From Trichoplax sp. H2 (Eukaryota), in NCBI GenBank assembly GCA_003344405.1, contig NOWV01000023.1, forward strand, positions 124,001-188,000: a stretch of 64,000 nt of DNA. Direction: 5' to 3'. Below are positions 1-12,200 of this stretch, in pieces (position 1 is the first letter of the stretch; every line of letters starts with the position of its first letter). Below the pieces are notes generated by a model. It was not told the origin of the DNA. It saw nothing but the letters and a program-made list of their open reading frames with translations, and ran no database searches. Made by a program: the position numbers and the translations under genes.

Positions 1-3000
1 AGCAGCAAGGCGTTGAATAAGGTAATGATTACTACAGTAATCAGGAAAATTTTTCATAATTAGCTCTTTAGCGACCTGGAACGCATTGGAATTTTTACTT
101 GGATCTGAATCATTTTCAAACCAAGTGAATTGACTTTCTATCTTTTTTCCATGAATTTCGAAAGTTATAGGAATTCTAATGTAAATAATTACGCAATAGC
201 TTAATTAAGTATTGCATTTATAGATTGATAATATTATTATAATTGTAATTTGTACGTCTATAGCGTAACATTTATACTAACATTTGAGGCAAATTATCGT
301 ACTCTTTTCCATCCCAGTAATGCTTATATCCACAACATTGAGAAAAATTAGGATCAGCTGGCGTTTTAGTAGTATCACCGTTACAATATGCAATGTTGCC
401 TTGTCCACTAAGGCTGCGCATTTTGCCAACAAGGCATAATGGACAGTAGCTAGGTTGTCTAGTTTTGATTAGATTGAGACAATTGCCAATTACATCATAG
501 CTAAAACTGGCTCTTCGGCGGAACTGCAGTTTATAAACTTGACCAGATTTTAATTCTTCATGGCTTTGACGGATCCATTCATATATTGGTCCGCCTATAC
601 AACGAAAGGAGCATCCATTACATTACAGTAATCAATGTTATTCATACCAATAGCAAGTTTGAAGAAAGTTTATGATAAAATTTTTAACTCATTACGTTCA
701 TTAATTCATTACCGGATTTCAAATCTGACGTAGGAAACCGAGCATTATGCTCCACTATAGCATAACAAGATAAGCATCTTAACAAACGACCTTCTCGGAC
801 TGCATTAGATGTTATGGTAGCAATTTCACGAGGTTGCAACCATGTACTAGTGATATCACTAATAAAAAGACGTACCAGATATTAATTCAAATCAAATACT
901 GTTTCATACTAAACTTTTACAAAGTTCTACATGTAAAGTTGTAAACTAGTAGTAAAAGAAATAGAATGAATTATAGCTTACTTGGATAGCTGTCGATAAA
1001 ACTCTTCAACTAATCCCGGTATCACATCATATTTCTCAAAGTATAATTCATCCATGCATCCTACCAATTTACAAATGTATTGCTCTGGCAAAGCTCTCCC
1101 ACTACAGATAGTGCAGTAGTTATCGTCATCAAATTCGATGTAATCGTCCAGCAGATCCTGTTTAATTGCCCACACATTGGGTAACATTTGACGAGATATT
1201 TTGGCTAGGGGCCTACCATCGATACCCACTAAGGGAATGAAATGATTGCGAGCTGGATTACTCCATGCAAGCACAAGAGGTTTATGCAATCGCCCATCTT
1301 TGCCTTTACATTCGATTACGGTCGATAGAACGGGTAAAAAGATGGCAGAGTAGTCCACTGACGATTGCATGCCTTCCAAATTATCTAATAATAATATCGG
1401 TCGTTTGAGTATGTTGGCTAGACCAAAGATATGGACATTTCTTAATCCTAAACTTTCACCATTTCTAGGTACAAAGTCTGGATCAGCTTCCGCGATAATT
1501 TCCTGCCATTCGTCATCACTTATGAAATCCCGTAGTAATGATCGATATCGAGATTGGTTGCATTTTAAATGAAATCTGAGATTAACCCGTAAAGGATGCC
1601 AAAATAATTCACTGCCAACTAGAGCGCGAGAGATAGCGTGTACTAGGCAATGACCATCACCATCAACGTGAATAGGGACGATCACTTCTTGATTACATAA
1701 ATGATTTAAAACTTTGAGCGTATCTTTTAAGTATTCAATCGATCCACTACGGTCACGTCCGTAGCCTTAACAAAACAATAATAATTAGCATATTTTATAC
1801 GCACGAAACATCCTACGTTTTATGAACCTATCCATCATATTGTCATGATTAGTATGCAACTAAAAGGAAGTATGCAATGAAATTATAATAAGTGTGTAAT
1901 AGATAGACATGTTAGGTAACTAGGCATACATAAGCTCTTTATAGTCAGTCTATCCAACTTTTGCAGTTACGATAGAAATGTTCAATATTTTCTATCACAA
2001 CTAAATGATCACTTTCTAATACGCACATCTGGAATGGAGTATAACTAACATTATTGATTAATAATCCTGTTTGCTGTATACTTTCTGACTTAAGGTTCAA
2101 TTGCGATGATCCATTCTATGGTAAAGTTTAACACTACACAGTATTCAACTAGCATAAATCGGGCTGATCGTGTCTGAAAATAGATTGTCAAGTTCAATAG
2201 ACACTCCTGTAGTCATGAATAAAGTATTGATTGAGTATTTGGTAATACATTAATGAATCAGTCTAATATTTGATCATCATGAACACTTAGATTGGCTGCC
2301 GTTGCAACGCTGTAAGGGGATAGTAATGGACGATGTAATAATATGAAGGAGATATTTTTTATCTTGACAGAATATCTACTGTAGTATGAGAATATGTCAG
2401 GATGTGCTCAGTAAGCTTGTATAGTGCTGTTGATAGGAGGAGTAATAATAGTTGTATCTTTTCTACAACTGCAGAAGTATTTCCATGCTTGCGTACAATT
2501 GGAGTAGCCAGTGACAGTACTTATGCGTAATACCTTATAATGATTTTTTCCACGCGTATCATAACTATCGCATCAGATTTCCGCTGCTAGGTTCCTCAAA
2601 ATAGCAGTTAAGGTCTGATCATCATCATTACATTATCTCTCCCATCTCTTGATATAATACATACGCGTATATATAATTAATCACTGATCCATTGGTTGAT
2701 TTACATCAAGTGCTGCCACTGATACCGTCAGATTTTGCTTTTTTTTGGAAAGTTTCATTATAATCTACATCTGAAGGTAAAATCACCAGAATACGCCATT
2801 GGAATACCGACTATAGACAATATATATCGACATATGACATCGTTAGTAAACTTGGGCGCGCTTTCTTTGCTACCTCGAGCATAGCCCTGTCGGCATTCGA
2901 GCATGGCTACCTAGAAGAAGTTATGCAAGTCGATTGATTCTTCCGTGTCAATCACCTTGTATAAAATAAAATTTCAGTGAATACTTTCTACTAATAGCGT

Positions 3001-5490
3001 TTACGAAAACGCCAATCATGATTGTGGACTATTAAGCCATCGGTAACCAATGACGCTATCTAATCATGCCCTTTAATATAGAAAAATGTTACAAGATTTG
3101 AAAGTATAACTTGGATGGTCAATATACAGCAGAGCTTGCAAGCAAATTGTATAAAGTTGACTAGCTATCGGTCATTACTGTATATAGGTAATCCATTTCA
3201 TTGATACGAACATACACAATATGATTGAAGAGTGGATACCGATGACTATTCAGTTAAGAATATTTTTAAAAAGTCAGAGGATTTGGATTTTATCTAATAC
3301 AGTGATAGCTAGTTATGACGGTAATCGCCGTATGGCTGCAGGTTGGGTAAACTTGGTATACTCTTCAAGGCCAAGACGTTTCTCACTTCATTTTCAATTA
3401 CTTTGACAAATGGTAGATTAAACAGGCTATTGCATTCTCCATAGTTGGTTGTATTGAATACGCGTATCTAATGTGAATTGCAGTTTAACCGTCAGCAGTT
3501 ATCCCAATATCCCCTGTAGTGTTATATATATATATATATATGGCATGATATACTGGTATATAGTATAGGGTACACTGGATGATGACCATTATTAAATGAA
3601 TATTTCATATCGGATGAATTTCAATAGTATCTTGACCATCAGTAATTCGTCAATATCCTATTTAATGTTAAGCAATTTATGTTGGCAACAACATAAAGTG
3701 AAATGAATTTATGATGCACAATTTGGATGCGATCTATTACTGCTGCATGGTAATTTGGTAGTTGTTTGGACTATGTATTGGCATAAATTGTTGTTGTTCA
3801 ATGAAAAAGATACGACTGTTATTGGTGTAGTCAATGAAAAGGGAATTGAAACGTTTATAATTTGGATTTGATCTATTACTGCTGCATGGTAATTTGGTAG
3901 TTGTTTGGACTATGTATTGGCATAAATTGTTGTTGTTCAATGAAAAAGATACGACTGTTATTGGTGTAGTCAATGAAAAGGGAATTGAAACGTTTATAAT
4001 TTGGATTTGATCTATTACTGCTGCATGGTAATTTGGTAGTTGTTTGGACTATGTATTGGCATAAATTGTTGTTGTTCAATGAAAAAGATACGACTGTTAT
4101 TGGTGTAGTCAATGAAAAGGGAATTGAAACGTTTATAATTTGGATTTGATCTATTACTGCTGCATGGTAATTTGGTAGTTGTTTGGACTATGTATTGGCA
4201 TAAATTGTTGTTGTTCAATGAAAAAGATACGACTGTTATTGGTGTAGTCAATGAAAAGGGAATTGAAACGTTTATAATTTGGATGCGATCTATTACTGCT
4301 GCATGGTAATTTGGTAGTTGTTTGGACTATGTATTGGCATAAATTGTTGTTGTTCAATGAAAAAGATACGACTGTTATTGGTGTAGTCAATGAAAAGGGA
4401 ATTGAAACGTTTATGTGGGCAATAACAACTGGGAGGATGTGATTATCCAACTGCAGTGGTAATGGGATTCATAAAGATGAACTAATGGATTGATCAGTAA
4501 CTTTTCAAAGGTGTGGAATTACTGCATTACTACTTTAGTCTAGTCGTACAGGCGAAAATGTTGCAATACTACCATAGTCGAGTCGTTGATATTTACAGTA
4601 GGCAAAGAGAGAATGAAGTAATGGATTGATCAGTAACTTTTCAAAGGTGTGGAGAATTACTGCATTACTACTTTAGTCTAGTCGTACAGGCGAAAATGTT
4701 GCAATACTACCATAGTCGAGTAGTCGATATTTACAGTAGGCAAAGAGAGAATGAAGTAATGGATTGATCAGTAACTTTTCAAAGATGTGGGGAATTACTG
4801 CATTACTACGAAAATGTTGCAATACTACCATAGTCGAGTAGTCGATATTTACGGTAGGCAAAGAGAGTGGAATGGACTATTGACGAAGTCAAACAGCCAC
4901 TGTTTAACAGCATAACATGATGGCATCGATCGTGCATAACCATTTATGTCAGCAATAAGAATGACAAGGTACGAGCAATACAAGACTGCATGACAACAAT
5001 TTGAAGGTATGGAAGGATAAATACCTAGTATTGCTATCCTATCGGAATGGATTCGAAAGGCTCGATCAGCCAAGAGGGAACATTGAAATGGTTCAGCTTG
5101 GCTTAAATCTTTCAGGCGCACCGCTTTAGCCGTCTGTTTATGCATACCATAGTAAGTTAAAAGTGGTGATATTATTTTACAATGAAAATTGGATAATCCA
5201 TTGACAACAACTAATTCATGGGCCATTTTTTTCTTGTCTGCGATCGATTGATCATTCTTGAATAATGATTGCACCAGAGAATGGAGATGATGATCGCCTT
5301 TCCAATTGAACTGATCGACATGGTGTAACTTACTGACAGGATGAGTGGCGCTACAATTAGGGCAATCCACTTGCATGGTAGTGTTATCGAAGACCAAAGT
5401 GGTCGAGCTAAAAGGACACTGGCCAGTTAAGATTTCAAGCTGATTATAATTATCATGATGATTGCCTGGGTTACTGGCCATTTCATCCAT
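1..5490 (-). CDS. VCPIP1: Deubiquitinating protein VCPIP1 (VCIP135), OTU family; 3' end runs off the window
   Basis: Hand-spliced exons (-): 5490-5025, 1765-982, 858-713, 594-282, 175-<1, all GT-AG. The spliced protein contains NFHCKIISPLLTYYGM, GYGRDRSGS, the OTU catalytic motif HVDGDGHCLVHAISRALVG, AWSNPARNHFIPLVG and CGYKHYWDGKEYDNLP, matching the known VCPIP1 sequence. Confidence 0.95.
3721..4413. repeat. Tandem array, 139-bp unit, about 5 near-identical copies, inside VCPIP1 intron 1
   Basis: 'gatctattactgctgcatggtaatttgg...' recurs every 139 bp. The identical ORFs at 3737, 3876, 4015 and 4154 are offset by 139. Confidence 0.97.
4483..4870. repeat. Tandem array, ~138-bp unit, about 3 copies (third has an internal deletion), inside VCPIP1 intron 1
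   Basis: 'taatggattgatcagtaacttttcaaag' occurs at about 4483, 4620 and 4758. The sequence is unrelated to the adjacent 139-bp array. Confidence 0.93.
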
Positions 5491-5654
5491 GCCTGCTGTT
5501 GCAATAACTAATTTGATTTTGGACTTTCTCGCCTATTTTCTTTCAAGGGCTTTCTCGACCGTAGACTCGCGATGGTACAGTACTTGTCTACGGCGTACTG
5601 AACACGACGTTGTTTACTGTACTATCCGTCTGTCTATGCTTCGGCAATGCCTTG

Positions 5655-6385
5655 AATGGATCTCCAAGCGCTTTTGGATACCTGTATGGCTGTTAGGAGA
5701 TTGGGGGACATGGACTAGCGATCGGATAGTAGTAGTGGATGATCATTAAACTGCTTAAGAAAGAAAGGGTAGACTGCTCCGATATCAACACTGTACTGAA
5801 TGGATCTGCAAGCGCTTTTGGATACCTGTATGGCTGTGTTAGGAGATTTGGGGACATGGACTAGCGATCGATAGTAGTAGTGGATGATCATTAAACCACT
5901 TAAGAAAGAAAGGGTAGACTGCTCCCATATCAACACTGTACTGGATGAATCTCCAAGCACTTTTGGATAAATGTATGGCTGTGTTAGGAGATTTGGGGAC
6001 ATGGATTAGCGACCGATAGTAGTAGTGGATGATCATTAAACCACTTAAGAAAGAAAGGGTGGACTGCTCCAATATCAACACTGTACTGAATGGATCTCCA
6101 AGCACTTTTGGATACCTGTATGGCTGTGTTAGGAGATTTAGGGACATGGACTAGCGATCGGATAATAGTAGTGGATGATCATTAGTCCGCTGAATTAAGA
6201 AAGGGTAGACTGCTCTAATATCAACATTGTACTGGATGGATCTCCAAGCACTTTTGGATACCTGTATGGCTGTGTTAGGAGACTGGGGGACATGGACTAG
6301 CGACCGGATAGTAGTAGTGGATGATCATTAGTCCGCTGAATTAAGAAAGGGTAGATTGCTCCAATATCAACACTGTATTGGATTG
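5655..6385. repeat. Tandem array, ~145-bp unit, about 5 copies, immediately upstream of the VCPIP1 start codon
   Basis: 'gatacctgtatggctgtgttaggaga' and variants occur at about 5677, 5821, 5966, 6111 and 6257. Confidence 0.95.
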
Positions 6386-7369
6386 GAGTAGAGCTGGCAT
6401 ACCGAAAATAGTGTACGAGTACTCGAATAGAATAATTTAGACTACAGTCCGTGAATAAAGCAACCCATTCATTGACAGTATGGACAGGCTCAACGCCATT
6501 GCGCATCCTGTCATGATGTCGTTTCGAAAATGTCGAAGAGCACACCATCACAAGAAAATGCTGTGGTTAGCGCTAGATAGTGATACTCTTTAGATAGGCT
6601 GTAGCTACAACTTGAACTCTTCAAGTGGTGGCAAGCCTTATGGAAGAGGTTTTTTTCAAGTTGAAACGGTTGTGCATGCCGTCTACTGTACTGTATAGTA
6701 AAATGGCCATCATATATTGTAGGTACTGCAGTTGTCCACATTGTACAGTCCAAAATCACTGGTTACTGTGCTGTCTCATATCAATCTCTCTTTCTTTCAA
6801 GTACAGTAGACAATGTAGTAGAGGATAACTATTTGTGGACATCCTGCATGGATTTAGCAGTGTTGAAGAATGGACTTACGTTAGCCTTGACAATTTCAAC
6901 CATGAAAAAATTATTTTCCCTTATTCTCATCTAGAGATCGGACAAAACAACAACAGTGGGATCGGACAGACACCGGATCGACGAGGAACACCATGACAAG
7001 TTTGTCTTGGTCTTACAAGACCTGTTTGACCGACTACAGTACTACAGTAGAAAGAAATGGGCTACAGTACAGTGTACTGTAGCCTACCTAAAATTCATTG
7101 ATCATCCAGAAGTCTGCACTCTGCAATATACCAGTGATGGACGGACACTACGACACGGATATTGCCCAATGACCAAATGAGTTGTACATTGAGAACGTTC
7201 ATGATCTGTCCATCACTGGTATGTACTGTCATTGGACTAGTCAATGCTTGGTAGTCGATGGTACAGCACAAGTGTGCATTTTTAGAGACCCTTAAAACGT
7301 ACTGGAGTCCTTATGACAGTCAGACAGTGAACGTACCTTATTTAGTGTCCATGGGAAAAGATGGATCAA

Positions 7370-8350
7370 TACTGTACAGTACTGGAGGAACCGTTTTGGT
7401 AGGTACTACTACAGTATTTTGGAGTACTGTCCCCGTTACAGTACATTGTACTGTGTACAACACAGCTACTATGGAAAGAAATGGTGATGCTACAGTCTTC
7501 TGAATTTGTCCATTCAGTACAGTACAGTACTGTACAGTACTGTAGTTCTATTTTGTAGTAGTGTCTCCATTACAGTACATTGTACTGTGTACTACACAGC
7601 TACTACAGTACTGTACTGTACAGTATGGAGAGAAATGGTGATGCTACAGTCTTCTGAATTTGTCCATTCAGTACAGTACTGTACAGTAGTTCTATTTTGT
7701 AGTAGTGTCTCCGTTACAGTACATTGTACTGTGTACTACACAGCTACTACAGTACTGTACTGTACTGTACAGTATGGAGAGAAATGGTGATGCTACAGTC
7801 TTCTGAATTTGTCCAGTCAGTACAGTACCGTACCGTACTGTAGTTCTACAGTATTTTGTAGTACTGTCCCCGTTACAGTACATTGTACTGTGTACAACAC
7901 AGCTACAGTATGGAGAGAAATGGTGATTCTACAGTACAGTCTTCTGAATTTGTCCAGTCAGCACAATACTGTACTGTAGTTCTATTTTGTAGTAGTGTCT
8001 CCGTTACAGTACATTGTACTGTGTACAACACAGCTACTACAGTACAGTATCGAGAGAAATGGTGATGCTACAGTCTTCTGAATTTGTCCAGTCAGTACAG
8101 TACCGTACCGTACTGTAGTTCTACAGTATTTTGTAGTACTGTCCCCGTTACAGTACATTGTACTGTGTACAACACAGCTACAGTATGGAGAGAAATGGTG
8201 ATACTACAGTCTTCTGAATTTGTCCAGTCAGTACAGTACCGTACTGGAGGAACCGTTTTGGTAGTCCATTTACAGTACTGTACTCTTACAGTAAATTGTA
8301 CTGTGTACAACACAGCTACTATGCAGAGAAATGGTCATGCTACAGTCTTG
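7370..8350. repeat. Tandem array, ~135-155-bp unit, about 7 copies, saturated with TACAGTA/TACTGTA
   Basis: The anchor 'gagaaatggtgatgctacagtcttctgaatttgtcc' and variants recur about 7 times. Unit length varies through (cagta)n/(tactg)n expansion. Confidence 0.93.
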
Positions 8351-9204
8351 TGTCCCGTAGAATACAGTACAAAGCTGGCGGCAACGATACGTCACTCGGC
8401 AGAGTATAAAAACCAAGTTCCACTTTGCAACAGCATCATTCTGCTCTGCTCTACCGTTTAAACTGGTAAACTTTGTTGGTGCATTTGATGTACCAATGAG
8501 TCGTGGCAAATTGCATTTGCAGTACAAAAGGTGATACAGACCAAGTCAATTCTGGCAAGCCATAAAAAAAGTGTAAGATAAAAACCATCTGCATCCAAGA
8601 GATGCTCCAATGTGTGTGTCGAAAGACTATAACTTAACCTACAAAGTGTATTTATCAAGTTGTTATCTATGTTAACTTGTCGCTCTAAACTGATGCAACA
8701 TTAATCCTCTCGTTGTACTACTAACGCTTTCTACTCATTAGTTTTACTACGGCTATTTTACTCCAAAAAAACCATTTCAAAATTGTTCATCAACTTTGTC
8801 AATATGATTGTACATTGTGGTACATAACCTTCTATCACACTCTACCAACTTGTCGACAATCACTTCCATCATACTTTGCAAAGTGTCAACGTGGAAAATT
8901 TTACAACCTATTTCATATCGATTGTAGCATTTTGCAAAAAGTGGTCATAGAGCCCCCCCCAAAATTAACCATACCAATATTTGATACTACATTTACAACA
9001 TAACTTCTACTCGACATTATTCATTCTATTCTACACCCATATTGACATCCAAAGTAGTGGAGATAGAGGTGTATCTAGGTATAGAATAGCGATCGATAGA
9101 TATATATGCTCTAGACAATTACCTATCTAATAACTTTGTGTACTCTTAATTCAACCATTGCATCCAATTCATTTCCAACCCCCCCCAAAAATAATAATAA
9201 TATC

Positions 9205-12200
9205 ATGATGAATTGCGACGCCATCCAAAACGTCACCGAACGCCAAGACAACGAAATCAACAATCAAATAAGTCATGATAGTAGCTATGCTATGATTCAG
9301 CAAGCCAATGCTAATCCTAGTGCAGAAAATAACCATCAAGCCTCCGCCAATACTGATCCATCATCCTTCAAAGATGATGATGATCCATCTGTAGATGAAT
9401 TGGAAGAAGGGGAAGTCATTTCATCGTGCGAATCGGATGGGGAATTGAAAAACGAAACTCCGAACCAAGAAACGCCTGATCGTAACTACCAGGACAATGC
9501 TGCTACTTTTTTCTCTCCTTCACTACCCGCTCAAGGAGAGAACAATCATGACAGTAATTACAATACTGACCATCATTACCCTGATGTCAATAGAAGTCAG
9601 CGATTTTGTGCTTATCCTTCACTCAACGAAGATAAATTAAACCAATTGCAAAACGATCAAAGTAGTAAACCGCCAACAAAGAAAAAACGCGAGAATCGCT
9701 TTAGTAAGAAAAAACCCTCCAAGAATGCCCGTCGAAATAAAGCAGCACGACAACGTGCTCGCACCGCTGCTGCTGCTACTGCGACTACCACTGGCGCTGG
9801 TCGTGGTAGTTTTCATGCAAAAGCAAAGAATAAAAATAAGAAAGCACCACCACCACCAGTAGAATCCAATCATTTCCCTCCTGGACCTGACATGGTTCAT
9901 GGTAAGAAAGGCAAACCATCACTGCATGCATCATCTCTTCTTTCTCGACCATTACATCCTAACCACGATTCTATGCCACGACCAGAAACGATCTATCGTC
10001 GAGGACCTATGGACGATGTCGAAAACCCTATCGACGACTACGCGTATACAACTGGTGGCTATCTGGAAGCAATGCATCCCCCTGTAGACAAGGTAAAGTC
10101 GCCATTTTTCAATTCCAATCTTCCTTTCAATAAGCATGGCTACAATTATCATTTTCCCCCAATCTTGTTGACGGTAGCGCACTTTCCCATGCATTGTACT
10201 ACTACTTTACAGTACATACAACAGTGGGAATGATCATGTTCATCGTCAATTCTTTGTAGTTTTCAACATTCATCAATGAATTCAAGAAATGCAATAGGCT
10301 ACTCTACACAATCTATAGACTATATGATGGTATTTGAGCAACATCGAGTATCCTTTCGTCTTGTCGACTGTTCGATAGATCTGTATGAAATGAACGACTA
10401 ACTCATTAGCTTATAGGGAAGCCTTTTCTTCTCCGATACGTCCAATACACTACAGTATACTAACGCCTTGTAGCCCATGGCAACCTACTGTATCTGCGAG
10501 GCAGTGATTTGACATGGCTACTGTAGCTACCATGATGGCAGCACTTCGTCCTACAGCGCTTGTTATGATGAGGATGATGATTGATAAACATAAAGTGTGC
10601 CTATTTTTAAACTCCAGTTCCGCAAAAATTTCATTCCACTCTCATAAAATAGTGACAAATTGATTAACGACCATATTAACTTGTAAATATGCATATAGAT
10701 AGAATAGAATTGAACATGACCTACAGGTAATTCATTCGATTGTATATCATAAAGATAGTTAAAGAGTGGTTACAATTAGTTGATATACATACAAGTGCTA
10801 CGCTAGAACGTTAAAACTTGACCAATTCATAGGTTGCAATGATCGGAGAGTAATGTCACTTTTTATCTTATCCCATAATGGACGCTTCATATGGAGCCAT
10901 ATGAGCACCAATTGATGTATAACCACAGTGAAGATACTGTACATTGGATGAATACTATAGTACTGGCCATTTCTATGCTTTGAAATAAAAGCGGATAAGA
11001 TATACAATCAAAGTAATGCTCTACTTAACAAAATCATCGAATAATTAATTGCTTTATATCTTTTGAAACAGTTTGGAAGAAATTTACCCGCGCCATCCAA
11101 TATGCCTCCAAGATTTCACGGATTTGATATGGGACCTGTAATAAATGATAATCAAATTGATCTCAGAAATCAACTTGGCGATCATAATCCTCCGTTACCT
11201 CCACCACCACCACCTTTTTCGACATTAAAGCAACCGCCTATACTAGGACAAAGCGTAGATGATAATAATTTCAATGTATGTCCAATGACTATCGACTTGT
11301 TTTGCTATTACTGCCGTCTTCTATTTATTATTGAATATTTACTATCTACGTGTACGTATAGGCTTATGCAGTCTTGATCTGTACTGTTATAATTTTACAC
11401 TTGGATAAAAAAATTTCATTTCATTGCGCCCGATTTTGACTACTATAAGTTACGCATGGATCAATCCAATTGCTAAGATTGCGTCATGATCGACCTATTA
11501 GTTCGTTCACATATTTTGTGAATAGAAATGTTGCAGGCTGGTGACCACCAGTTGTTGCTGCAGATTAAATTTATATTGTACTATAACTTCCTACTCTGCT
11601 TTTCCTTGAAACTTTATAGGAAATTGAAATACAACAATCTCGCAAGAGACAAGCTGAACATGAAGTCAAACCACGTTTCCAAAAGAAACATAAAGATAAT
11701 AAAATGAAGCCAATACCTAAAGTTGTATGTAAATATTTTCAAGAAGGGCGTTGTTCTAAGGTGATGCATCCGATTTTAATGCAATGTATTCCTAAAGGGC
11801 TACAAGTTTCAATTGCATGGCCTAGAGACATCATCTACCGCACAGTAATGTGATATCTATTTTTCTTCTTGCAACAGGGCGATGAGTGTACGTTCGCTCA
11901 TGATGGAATACCTTCCATTAAGAAGAGGCAAGAACTCTGCAAGTATTACGTCAGCGACAGCTGTAGTAAAGGTTCAAGCTGCCCCTTTATGCATGATATC
12001 CTTTTATTTTTACATGTACACGTACATCTTAACCATAATTTACCTGTACTTACATTATTCCTTCTATCTCGTGTTGTAATAAAGAATAAAACTCAATTTT
12101 TAAACGTAAACTCTCCATAATTGGCAACTAGATCAAGTGTTTGCCTTAACTTCTTCATACAGAATTTTCCCTGTAAATTTTTTCATACTAACTCGACATG

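Noticed and set aside
2280..3420. Possible nested gene or pseudogene in VCPIP1 intron 1
   Set aside because: Only short open stretches with no consistent splice phases or recognisable motifs.
3737..4450. Four near-identical 78-98 aa ORFs (MTTPITVVSF...)
   Set aside because: These are artefacts of the 139-bp tandem array inside VCPIP1 intron 1. The unit is not a multiple of 3 and there is no protein-like signal.
5715..6551. Repeated ORFs such as MSPNLLTQPY...
   Set aside because: They derive from the 145-bp array, and the frames change between units.
3721..8350. Possible CRISPR-like arrays
   Set aside because: Whole units repeat with no unique spacers, there are no cas genes, and the context is eukaryotic. 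The same applies to the arrays at 21975, 39350, 55400 and 58381.
7258..8527. Cys/Thr/Val/Tyr-rich ORFs (also 46120-46533 and 57346-57732)
   Set aside because: They are translations of TACAGTA/TACTGTA low-complexity DNA and are not credible proteins.
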